NCBI GenBank assembly: GCA_012840355.1
Contig: DULN01000002.1
Location: 114,529-178,528, forward strand
Length of the DNA stretch: 64,000 nt
Source of the DNA: Clostridiales bacterium
Lineage (GTDB): Bacteria; Bacillota; Clostridia; Oscillospirales; CAG-272
Direction of reading: 5' to 3'
Under the pieces are notes generated by a model. That model ran no database searches, was not told the origin of the DNA, and was given only the letters and a program-made list of their open reading frames with translations. Of this stretch, positions 40,999 to 49,198 are shown piece by piece. The number at the start of each line of letters is the position of its first letter. Position 1 is the stretch's first letter. Position numbers and translations under genes: made by a program.

Positions 40999-43131
40999 TT
41001 ATCTTTCAATTATGATTATCTTGGACAGTAGCGGCTCTATTTTAAGCGGGACGGTAATGCCAGAGCCGCAAGTCGCCGCGTTTGTGGGCGCGATCTCGCC
41101 GGTATTTGGGTCGGCAATCTCGGCTGTAGCGCCCTCGGCGATAAGCTCGCCTTCATATGGTTCGTCTGCCATGTTGCAAAGGAATACTAGGGTTTGGCTT
41201 CCCTCGTGCCGCACATGCGATAGCACCATTCCAGCCCCTTGGCCGGTGAGGGTTATGTGCCGCTTTATAAGCCCGGTTTCAAAAAGCCCCCTCGGAGAGT
41301 ATTTCTCGTCGATGTCGCATAGCGCCGGCATACGCTCGAAATAGGCGGTAAAGTTAATCGGCCCTCCGTCTTCGCGTGCAGTGTCGGGATAGCAGCCAAC
41401 GCATACGACGCCTACGCCGGCAGCCGATGCTTTGGCGAGCTTTTCGACCGTCGCGCGGCGCAGGACATTAGCGCTGGGCAGAACTATGCATGAGTACTGC
41501 CTGCCGCGGAAGCGGAGCGCGCCGCTTTCGATTTCGCCTTCAAGTATTGCGTCTTCGTCAAGATAGTCGAAATCGACATGCTGCTTTAAAAGCTCCCACG
41601 AGGTGCGGGCGAAGGTTTGGTCGATACGCAGCGTCTGGGTGCTATGATCGATGGCGTTTGCGGCGACCGACGGCGTGTAGGCGCTCCAAATTGCAGCCTC
41701 TGGGTATAGCACCGCAGTCGTCGATGCGCGCTTGCCATGCCGCATGATTTGCCCGCAGCGCGCGGTGTAGAGGTTGAGATGCCGAAGCTCGTCTTCAGCC
41801 CAGCCGGCAAAAGAGTAGTAGCTCGTAAAGTTGTTAATGCCCTGCGCGATGTGCCAGCCGACCGAAGCGTATGTCCAGCGCTTGTCGGCTACCCTGCCCG
41901 CCATACGAGTGACATGGTCGGAAAACTCGGTAAACGCCTCGCCCTCGCCGTAAACGTCGGCAAAAGAGGCGAGCAGCCTCGCTATCGGGATTATGTCTTG
42001 GTTCATCAAAGCGCCGGGCTCGGTATTAAGCTGGTCAATGCCCGGCCAATCCATCCTGCACGCGCACTTGTACATCGAGCCGTAGGAGTAGACATGCGAC
42101 TGCAGCCGCTCCTCCGCGAGCATGTGCCCCGACGATTTGATGTTATGAGCCCTGCACCAGTCTTGGATAGTCCCGAAAAAGCCCTCGGCAACGCTGTCGG
42201 CGACAAACTCCCAAAAATCGCAGCGCCGCTTAGTAACATCGGGCCCGCGCCCTGTGACTACCGCAGCCGCGGCTAAAAAGAACGAGTAGCCGTACTTTTC
42301 CTCGAACTCTTTGGGATAAGACGGGTGCCACGGCAAAATTGGGTAGACGCCATGTCGTATCGTCCAAGAGATAAGCGAGGGCTCGTCGGTAAAAAACGCG
42401 GGGATACCGCGCCCGAACTCGTCGCCGAGATATTTTGCGTATTTTTCATGCGTGACGGCTATGAACTCTTTTACTGCGTCGCGGTCGGAAAGGCTTATAT
42501 AGTTGCGCGGCTCGGAGTAGCTTTCGGCGGCGTGCGTGCCGTCAAAAAGCCTGCGCTCGCTCATCATAAAAAGGTGCCAATTTCCGGGCGGCACCTCGAG
42601 CCTCAATACGCCATCCGAACCGAGAAAATGCGTGACGTCTTTTGGCTCGCTGCCGTCAATCGGGAGCAGCATCGCGCATACCAGCCGGTCACCGGGCGTG
42701 TCGGCACGGTACTTGCAGGGTCCGGAGATGGTGCGCCAATACTCGTAGCAGACAAGACCCTTCGCGATATACTCGGGATTCCTTTCGACGACAACGCCGC
42801 CGGCGGTGCCGGAAGGGTACCCTTTCTCATCGTACAGCCATACCCTCATGCCGCGCTTTATGTAGCCGCGGATGCCTGCCTCGGTGGCAAGCCATTCGTA
42901 CTCGTCGTCCGGGAACCCGTCGCCATACGGCACGTTGCCGACCACGCCCGCAAACCCGCAGCGCTCAAAATAGTCGCGACGGCGGTCTGCGGCGCCGGGC
43001 GAGTGCGGCGGCGGCTTGCCTTGCCCCGTGATGTCGGCGCCCGATGAGGGTGATGCGGCAACCCCGCCGTGTATGATTTGATAGATGCCGTATTTTCGGT
43101 CGGGGGAGGTAAACTCGGTGCGTATCGACAT
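40999..43131 (-). CDS. large cytoplasmic protein, putative glycoside-hydrolase-like enzyme (family not assigned)
   Basis: 710 aa from MSIRTEFTSPDRKYGIYQIIH, with an AAGGAG SD. Motifs LYDEKGYPSGTAGG, FFTDEPS and GHMLAEE resemble uncharacterised GH-like proteins. The assignment is from memory only. Confidence 0.4.
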   Translation of the reverse strand: MSIRTEFTSPDRKYGIYQIIHGGVAASPSSGADITGQGKPPPHSPGAADRRRDYFERCGFAGVVGNVPYGDGFPDDEYEWLATEAGIRGYIKRGMRVWLYDEKGYPSGTAGGVVVERNPEYIAKGLVCYEYWRTISGPCKYRADTPGDRLVCAMLLPIDGSEPKDVTHFLGSDGVLRLEVPPGNWHLFMMSERRLFDGTHAAESYSEPRNYISLSDRDAVKEFIAVTHEKYAKYLGDEFGRGIPAFFTDEPSLISWTIRHGVYPILPWHPSYPKEFEEKYGYSFFLAAAAVVTGRGPDVTKRRCDFWEFVADSVAEGFFGTIQDWCRAHNIKSSGHMLAEERLQSHVYSYGSMYKCACRMDWPGIDQLNTEPGALMNQDIIPIARLLASFADVYGEGEAFTEFSDHVTRMAGRVADKRWTYASVGWHIAQGINNFTSYYSFAGWAEDELRHLNLYTARCGQIMRHGKRASTTAVLYPEAAIWSAYTPSVAANAIDHSTQTLRIDQTFARTSWELLKQHVDFDYLDEDAILEGEIESGALRFRGRQYSCIVLPSANVLRRATVEKLAKASAAGVGVVCVGCYPDTAREDGGPINFTAYFERMPALCDIDEKYSPRGLFETGLIKRHITLTGQGAGMVLSHVRHEGSQTLVFLCNMADEPYEGELIAEGATAEIADPNTGEIAPTNAATCGSGITVPLKIEPLLSKIIIIER

Positions 43132-43241
43132 GGCAGCACGCTCCTTTGCCACATTATATATATAATCTCCCATATTTCGGGAACAGTATAGCACGCTAAA
43201 ACTCCTATGTCAACGAAACTGCCGATATTGAAAATTGTTTA

Positions 43242-43270
43242 TTGACGCAACAATTTAGCGGTGCTATAAT
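43242..43270 (+). promoter_or_regulatory. consensus sigmaA promoter with extended -10
   Basis: TTGACG (43242-43247), a 17-nt spacer, then TGcTATAAT (43262-43270). Confidence 0.7.
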
Positions 43271-43443
43271 ATACAAATAAAGTAGGATTTTATTTTGGTT
43301 TATAGTTCGTATTAAATTCCGGCTTTTTGAGAAAATAATTAAAAGCGACCCTAATATTGGCGCCGCAAGAGGGGTTTTCCCCGACCGCCAATTGTGGCGC
43401 GCCGGCGGAACCTAAAATTCAAGGCGCCCCAAAGGAGTCAGAG

Positions 43444-43710
43444 ATGAAATTTAGCCTTAAAGTAGCCACAAAAAAAGGCTATATTGGGATTTACGGTAAA
43501 AAGTACAAGCCCACCTCCATTGTGATTTCAAAAAGCAGCGGCATCTCGCCTCTCGTTTATCCGGCAGCGGTGGTGCTTGCGCTCGGGATTTTAACTTTAG
43601 CAGCCGCAGCGAAGCTTGGCAAAATGAGGCTGTCTTTAGCCGGCGCAAGATTAAGCGCCCTTGGGGGAGCGCTCTTGACGCTAGGGGCGCTACTTAGTGG
43701 AGGCAAGTAA
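43444..43710 (+). CDS. small two-TM membrane protein
   Basis: 88 aa from MKFSLKVATKKGYIGIYGKK, with an AAGGAG SD 7 nt upstream. It has two Ala/Leu/Gly-rich hydrophobic segments. Confidence 0.6.
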   Translation: MKFSLKVATKKGYIGIYGKKYKPTSIVISKSSGISPLVYPAAVVLALGILTLAAAAKLGKMRLSLAGARLSALGGALLTLGALLSGGK

Positions 43711-43803
43711 CGAGGGCGTGGCTTTATTGTCGAAAGGTGCCGCTAAAACTGTAACAAATCACACCGGCGCGGTATTAATTTACATCGAAATGGAGTGGGG
43801 CGC

Positions 43804-44325
43804 ATGAGGAGCGAGTTTGAACGTATATACAACGAGTATTCCTCGGGTATATGCGGGTTCCTATACAAGTTGTGCGGCAGCGCCTCGCTTGCCGAAGAGC
43901 TGACCCAGGAGACATTTTACCAAGCATATAAATCCTTGCACCGGTACAACGGCTCTTGCGAACTTTTTACTTGGCTTGCTGCAATTGCGAAAAACACATA
44001 TTTTAAGTATTTGCGCAAACATAAACGCGAGCTTTTGGGTTGCGAGCTTTCCGAACTTGAGGGGGTAATCGCCGATATCGACGAGCGGCCGGAAGACCTT
44101 GCGGAGCGGCGCGAGCTGCGCGATGCCGTAATTCAGGCGGTGACAAGGCTTGGCAAAAAATATCGGGACGTGGTAGTGCTTAGGATATACGCCGAGCTGC
44201 CGTTTTCGGCAATAGCGGAGTTTTTGGGCATCACCGAAAACTCGGCAAAAGTCATCTTTCACCGAGCCAAACGGCAGCTTGAGGCCGAACTTAAAAGCCA
44301 GGGATTTATTGATGATGTGCGCTGA
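43804..44325 (+). CDS. ECF-type RNA polymerase sigma factor (sigma-70 family group 4)
   Basis: Region 2 reads LAEELTQETFYQAYKSLHRY...FTWLAAIAKN. Region 4 reads YRDVVVLRIYAELPFSAIAEFLGITENSAKVIFHRAKRQL. Confidence 0.9.
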   Translation: MRSEFERIYNEYSSGICGFLYKLCGSASLAEELTQETFYQAYKSLHRYNGSCELFTWLAAIAKNTYFKYLRKHKRELLGCELSELEGVIADIDERPEDLAERRELRDAVIQAVTRLGKKYRDVVVLRIYAELPFSAIAEFLGITENSAKVIFHRAKRQLEAELKSQGFIDDVR

Positions 44326-44446
44326 ATCTGTTTGTCGGAGGTTGCGTATTTTGAAGGCGGAAAAAATCATCGCAATAGGTAAGGAACTGAAAAAAGCGGC
44401 GAGGAAGCTCTTTTTGCCTTTTGTCCCTCGGGAAGTGGGCGAAGGG

Positions 44447-44758
44447 ATGGCCTGCGAAGTTGTGCGCGATCTTATCCCCCTTTATGCGGATGGAGCCACA
44501 AGCGAGATGACGGGTAGCTTTGTTCGCGCGCATATAGACGCTTGCGGCGAATGCGCGGACTTTTTCCGCTCGGTTGTGGCTGCAGCCCGGGAGAAACGCA
44601 TGTCGCGGCGAGCGCAGCGATTGGGCGTCGGCGGATTTGCGGGCATTGCGGGCAAAATTAGGCGCAGGCGGGCTGCGTATGCCTCCGTCACCACGGTAGC
44701 ACTGCTTGTTTTGGTAGGACTGAACATATACGCATTCTTAACTCGGGGGGGCAGATGA
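44447..44758 (+). CDS. anti-sigma factor (zf-HC2 type, single C-terminal TM segment)
   Basis: MACEVVRDLIPLYADG...HIDACGEC carries the H-x3-C-x2-C motif. A TM segment lies near the C-terminus. An in-frame alternative start is ATGATG at 44312, overlapping the sigma gene end. Confidence 0.75.
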   Translation: MACEVVRDLIPLYADGATSEMTGSFVRAHIDACGECADFFRSVVAAAREKRMSRRAQRLGVGGFAGIAGKIRRRRAAYASVTTVALLVLVGLNIYAFLTRGGR

Positions 44759-46471
44759 ATGAAGCAGAAATATGTGAATTATGAAGTAAGGCCGATTACG
44801 GACATACGCGAGCTTTTACGCTCTAGCGTAGAGCTTTACGGCAATCTGACGGCGTTCCTCGAAAAGCGCGACGGAAAATACCAGCCCGTGACGTATAACG
44901 AGTATTATCGCGATGTGCGCGGGCTTGGCGCGGCTCTTTACGACCCCGCTCGCTCCGAACGCCGCATCGCGGTTATAGGTGAAAACTGCTACATGTGGGC
45001 GGTTTCGTATATGGCGGTCGTTTGCGGGCTCGGCGTCGTCGTGCCTATCGACCGCGAGTCGACAGCCGAAGATATAAAAAACATTGTCAGCATCGCGGAA
45101 GTCGACACAATCCTGCATGCCGATTCGGTGAAAGGCAAGCTTGCGGGTATAGAAGGCGTGCAGAAAATAGCTTTCAGCGACCTTCGCAGGCTTATCGAAA
45201 AAGGCGCTGAAATGCTCGAAGCCGGCTCGACGGCATACGACGGTCTGCCGATCGACCCGTATAAGATGACGGCGCTAATTTTCACCTCGGGCACAACCGG
45301 TATCGCTAAGGGTGTCATGCTCTCCCACCACAACATCGTTTTCGACATCATGGAAATGTGCAAGATGATAAATGTCCAGCCCGAGGACATCTTTTTGTCG
45401 GTTCTGCCGCTGCACCATACCTACGAGTGCACCTGCGGTTTTTTGGCGGTGCTCTATCGCGGCGCGACTATTGCATACTGCGAGAAGCTGAGCACGATTC
45501 AGCGCAACCTGCAGGAAACAGGCGCAACGGTGATGCTCGTCGTCCCGCTGCTTCTTGAAACACTCTACAAAAAGATATGGCAAAACGCCGAAAAAAGCGG
45601 GCGGGCAGCAATGCTCCGCCGCGCGATAAAGATTAATAACGCGCTGAAAAAGGTCGGGATTGACCTTTCAAAGAAGCTCTTTGCCGAAATTCACAACGCT
45701 TTCGGTGGTCGGCTGAGGCTGCTCATCTCGGGCGGCGCCGCGATTGACCCCAAAGTCTTGGCTGGGCTGCGCGATTTGGGTTTCCATGCGCTTCAGGGCT
45801 ACGGGCTCACCGAATGCGCGCCGCTCGCGGCGGTCAACCGCGACACTTACTTCAAAGATGATGCAGCCGGGCTTCCGCCTCCCAACGCTTGGCTTGCAAT
45901 CCATGATCCCGATGAAAACGGCATAGGCGAGATAAAATACCGCGGCGATAACATCATGCTCGGGTATTATAAAATGCCCGAGGCGACGGCGGAGGTTATC
46001 CGCGACGGCTGGCTTTACACCGGCGACCTTGGCTATATAGACGAGGAAGGATTCCTCCATATAACCGGGCGAAAGAAGAACGTCATCGTTACCTCGAACG
46101 GCAAGAATATTTATCCCGAGGAGCTTGAGTACCATCTCGGCCGCGACCCAAGAGTGCTCGACTCGATGGTCGTCGGCGACACCGCGCCGGATGGCGAGAC
46201 TGTTATTAAGGCGATAATATACCCAGACTACGAGCGGGTCAACGCCGAAATTGCGGCAAAGGGCATTCCGACCGACAATATAGACTCGCCCGATTACCGC
46301 GACGCGGTAAGAAACCTTTTCGCGGATATGATAAACGACCTTAACCTGAAACTTCCGACCTACAAGCGCATACGCAAGTTTATAATCCGCCGCGAAGATT
46401 TTGAAAAGACCACGACAAAGAAGATAAAACGCCACGCACAGGCGAATCTTGACGAGTCAGGGCAGCTGTGA
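44759..46471 (+). CDS. long-chain-type AMP-dependent acyl-CoA ligase
   Basis: 570 aa. Motifs: IFTSGTTGIAKGVMLSH, GYGLTE and GWLYTGDLGYIDEEGFLHITGRKKNVIVTSNGKNIYPEELE. The ATG immediately follows the anti-sigma stop. Confidence 0.85.
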   Translation: MKQKYVNYEVRPITDIRELLRSSVELYGNLTAFLEKRDGKYQPVTYNEYYRDVRGLGAALYDPARSERRIAVIGENCYMWAVSYMAVVCGLGVVVPIDRESTAEDIKNIVSIAEVDTILHADSVKGKLAGIEGVQKIAFSDLRRLIEKGAEMLEAGSTAYDGLPIDPYKMTALIFTSGTTGIAKGVMLSHHNIVFDIMEMCKMINVQPEDIFLSVLPLHHTYECTCGFLAVLYRGATIAYCEKLSTIQRNLQETGATVMLVVPLLLETLYKKIWQNAEKSGRAAMLRRAIKINNALKKVGIDLSKKLFAEIHNAFGGRLRLLISGGAAIDPKVLAGLRDLGFHALQGYGLTECAPLAAVNRDTYFKDDAAGLPPPNAWLAIHDPDENGIGEIKYRGDNIMLGYYKMPEATAEVIRDGWLYTGDLGYIDEEGFLHITGRKKNVIVTSNGKNIYPEELEYHLGRDPRVLDSMVVGDTAPDGETVIKAIIYPDYERVNAEIAAKGIPTDNIDSPDYRDAVRNLFADMINDLNLKLPTYKRIRKFIIRREDFEKTTTKKIKRHAQANLDESGQL

Positions 46472-47487
46472 AAACGGGATTTTATAAGCCGGGCTATTGG
46501 CTTTTTCGTGTAAAAACAACGCGGGCGCGGCTGGCAAAGGTTTTTTTAGCCTTATGGCTTGCCGCGTCCGCGGCCGCGATATTTGGCGGTTGCAGCGAGC
46601 CGGCAAGGTTTGACGCAGGCAAAAACTTGTCAAAAACAACGGCTGAGGCAAACCACACGTTTGAGCAGGCGCCCGCCGTTGTCTACAAAGCGCCGGAAGG
46701 CGAGCCCGCATGGTACGAGGACAACAGGATAGTCGCGCATGCGCTCGGCTGCGTCGACGGGCGTTGCGAGACAAACTCATACGAGGCGCTCGAGCTGACT
46801 TACTCGCGAGGGCAGCGGGTGTTCGAGGTGGACCTTGTGCTCACCTCGGACGGTTATCTCGTTGCGCGCCATGACTTTGCCGACGACTCGTACTACACGC
46901 TCGAGCAAAAGAAGCCCGAAGACCCTGTAATGAGCCTTGAGGCGTTCCTATCGGCGCCGATTAAGGGGCTTTATACGCCGATAACGATAAAAGATATATC
47001 CGAGTTTATGGCATCGCACGAGGACACATTTTTTGTTACCGACACAAAATTCACCGATACCGAAACCGTGCGAAAGCAATTCGAGCAGATTTGCGAGGCA
47101 ATGGAATATGACAGCCGGCTCGATAGGATTATAGTGCAAATTTATAATTATGAAATGTACGATACCGTAAGCTCGGTGTACCCTTTTAAAAACTACATTT
47201 TTACGGTCTATCAGATAAACCCAAACGATCTTGATTATAACGAACTAGGAAAGTTTTGCGCCGAGCGTGGGATTGCCGTGGTGACAATGCCGGAAGCAAG
47301 GGCAAACGCCGAAGTGACGTCACTTTTGCACTCATACGGCTTGCGGGTGTATGTACATACCATAAATCGCATCACCACGATGGGCACAATGCTGATGTAT
47401 GGCGTATGCGACGGGTTTTACAGCGACTATGTGACGCAGCCTGAGCTTGCGCGATACCTAGAAAAAGCGAAAATAACTATAGACTAA
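46468..47487 (+). CDS. GDPD/PI-PLC-like phosphodiesterase lipoprotein
   Basis: The GTG start overlaps the ligase stop by 4 nt. A signal peptide with lipobox IFGG-C is present. The GDPD-like core reads VAHALG...TNSYEAL...FEVDLVLTSDGYLVARHD. Confidence 0.65.
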   Translation: MKTGFYKPGYWLFRVKTTRARLAKVFLALWLAASAAAIFGGCSEPARFDAGKNLSKTTAEANHTFEQAPAVVYKAPEGEPAWYEDNRIVAHALGCVDGRCETNSYEALELTYSRGQRVFEVDLVLTSDGYLVARHDFADDSYYTLEQKKPEDPVMSLEAFLSAPIKGLYTPITIKDISEFMASHEDTFFVTDTKFTDTETVRKQFEQICEAMEYDSRLDRIIVQIYNYEMYDTVSSVYPFKNYIFTVYQINPNDLDYNELGKFCAERGIAVVTMPEARANAEVTSLLHSYGLRVYVHTINRITTMGTMLMYGVCDGFYSDYVTQPELARYLEKAKITID

Positions 47488-47535
47488 TCGCCGCCCGTTC
47501 GCCAGCCGCGGACGGGACTTCTTGTTGCTTTGACG

Positions 47536-48384
47536 CTAAAGCAATGCTTCTACAAGCGCGTCTTCAATCTCGTTGTAGATTGAGGTCGACTGCTCCGGAG
47601 GCAGCGGGTTTGTGCCGTGCCCGCACTCAATCGTGATGCCCGGCTTGTTAAACTCGAGCGTGAACCAGTCTTTGCAACCTCCGTGCGACGCCATACCGGT
47701 CGGCTCCGAAATCACATACCCGCTGCGCCTCGCCATGCGCCCGGCGAGGCAGGCTGCGCCGCGCGGCACGATGCCGTCGTATCCGTAATAAATCTCGCCG
47801 CCCTGCGTATGCAGGCAGACGAGCGCATAGGGCTGGGTTTGCCTTATGTATGTACAAAGCGACTCGGTTTCAGGCTCACTTTCAGGAAACTCGCCCGCGT
47901 AGCGGGTGGGAGCAGGGCCGGTTATCCCCGCCTCGGCTTCCATGCGCTTGTATGCCGTAAACCCGGCGTTGTAGTTGTGGTTGAGGTCGACCCCGTGAGC
48001 GTTCGCCTGCCAAAAGGTTCCGCTTTGCGCAATCATCGCGCCGTCGGGATTGAGCATCGGCACGATGTCGACAGTGCGCGCCTCAAAAAGAAATTTTGCG
48101 GCCGCCCTGCCGAGCCTCCCCCCGTTTTCGGCAGCACGGCAAAGCCGCTCGGCGAACATTAAAAGCAGGTTTGCGGTAATATGCTCAAGCCCGTGATGGG
48201 TTCCCACAAACAGAATGCGCCGATTTCCTTGCCCAAATGAAAGGAGTGCAAGTTCTCTGCCAAGCACGCTCTGCCCGATGGAGCCGAAACGCAAAAAGTT
48301 CCCGTACCGCTCGCATAGCAGTTTCGATATGGCTAAAACTTCCGGCCAGCCGAAGACTTTATCATAGGAAAAATCAAACTGCAA
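47536..48384 (-). CDS. M14-family zinc carboxypeptidase (gamma-D-glutamyl-diamino-acid peptidase-like)
   Basis: Motifs HHGLEHIT, NPDG, HGVDLNHNY and LHTQGGEIYY. TTG start 7 nt after AGGAGGG. Confidence 0.8.
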   Translation of the reverse strand: MQFDFSYDKVFGWPEVLAISKLLCERYGNFLRFGSIGQSVLGRELALLSFGQGNRRILFVGTHHGLEHITANLLLMFAERLCRAAENGGRLGRAAAKFLFEARTVDIVPMLNPDGAMIAQSGTFWQANAHGVDLNHNYNAGFTAYKRMEAEAGITGPAPTRYAGEFPESEPETESLCTYIRQTQPYALVCLHTQGGEIYYGYDGIVPRGAACLAGRMARRSGYVISEPTGMASHGGCKDWFTLEFNKPGITIECGHGTNPLPPEQSTSIYNEIEDALVEALL

Positions 48385-48479
48385 CGCTCTGCCCTCCTAA
48401 AGTAGCTTTGTCCAATATATATGCAAGTCCGCCTCTCAGATTGCGCGGGTTTGGGTTTATAATTTTGTTGACATAACGG

Positions 48480-48493
48480 CGAACATAGGTTTG
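48480..48493. promoter_or_regulatory. SOS (LexA/Cheo-type) box 1, overlapping the lexA -35
   Basis: CGAACATAGGTTTG, compared with the Gram-positive consensus CGAAC-N4-GTTCG. Confidence 0.65.
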
Positions 48494-48519
48494 CAATTGG
48501 GACGAAGGCATGATATAAT
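48491..48519 (+). promoter_or_regulatory. sigmaA promoter of lexA
   Basis: TTGCAA (48491-48496), a 17-nt spacer, then TGaTATAAT (48511-48519). Confidence 0.7.
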
Positions 48520-48534
48520 AAACAGAGCCGACTT

Positions 48535-48548
48535 CAAACATTTGTTTA
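48535..48548. promoter_or_regulatory. SOS box 2 (degenerate), in the lexA leader
   Basis: CAAACATTTGTTTA, a palindromic AAAC-N4-GTTT variant. Confidence 0.45.
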
Positions 48549-48563
48549 GACGGGGGCTAAGCG

Positions 48564-49172
48564 TTGCAAGAACTGCAGGATAAAGAAAAGGCGATATACG
48601 AGTACATACTCGACGTCATTCGAAGAGAAGGCTATTCGCCGTCGGTGCGCGACATACAAAAGGCACTGCAGATAAAAAGCACCTCGACAGTGCACACCTA
48701 TCTTGAGCGGCTCGAGCGCAAAGGATATATTCAAAAGGAGTCGGGCAAATCGCGCACGCTGCGGGTAGAGAGCCTTGCGGTTGAGCCGAAACGCACGCTG
48801 CGCGTGCCGATTTTGGGCAAAATCACGCCGGGGCTTCCAATCCTTGCGCTTGAAAACCATGAAGGGTATCTCGATTTCCCGGTCGGCAGCCGCAGCTTTC
48901 AAGCAAATCAGCTATTCGGCCTTCGCATCCGGGGCGACAGCATGGCCGGCGCGGGCATACTGGACGGCGATATTGTGATTGTCAAAAAAGACAGCGAAGC
49001 TTCGAGCGGCGATATAGTAGTAGCGCTCGTCGAAGGCGAGGCGCTGGTCAGGACTTATTACCGCGAAGATGGAAAGTGCAGGCTGGTTCCCGAAAATCAG
49101 GGGATGGCGCCAATTGTGCTTGACGACGTGTACCTGCTTGGCCGCGTGGTGTCGGTAATAAGGTACTATTGA
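48564..49172 (+). CDS. lexA: LexA-family repressor (S24 peptidase fold) with an atypical cleavage site and catalytic residue
   Basis: The winged HTH reads GYSPSVRDIQKALQIKSTSTVHTYLERLERKGYI. The S24 domain carries GDSM (Ser126). The scissile site reads T-P-G (P89-G90), and Arg163 stands where the catalytic Lys is expected. Confidence 0.85.
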   Translation: MQELQDKEKAIYEYILDVIRREGYSPSVRDIQKALQIKSTSTVHTYLERLERKGYIQKESGKSRTLRVESLAVEPKRTLRVPILGKITPGLPILALENHEGYLDFPVGSRSFQANQLFGLRIRGDSMAGAGILDGDIVIVKKDSEASSGDIVVALVEGEALVRTYYREDGKCRLVPENQGMAPIVLDDVYLLGRVVSVIRYY

Positions 49173-49198
49173 TTTTAATTTAGTTCCGTGGGGACTTT

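Noticed and set aside
43221-43228. Perfect sigmaD -10 octamer GCCGATAT upstream of the ECF operon
   Set aside because: The nearest TAAA lies 20 nt upstream, not the required spacing of about 15 nt. The same octamer occurs again inside a terminator loop at 53687-53694, showing that chance occurrences are expected in 64 kb on two strands.
44312-44446. 45-codon in-frame N-terminal extension of the anti-sigma factor, starting at ATGATG and overlapping the sigma stop
   Set aside because: zf-HC2 anti-sigma domains are normally at the extreme N-terminus, and MACEVVRDLIPLY looks like a native start. This is not fully excluded; it is kept as an alternative start in the feature note.
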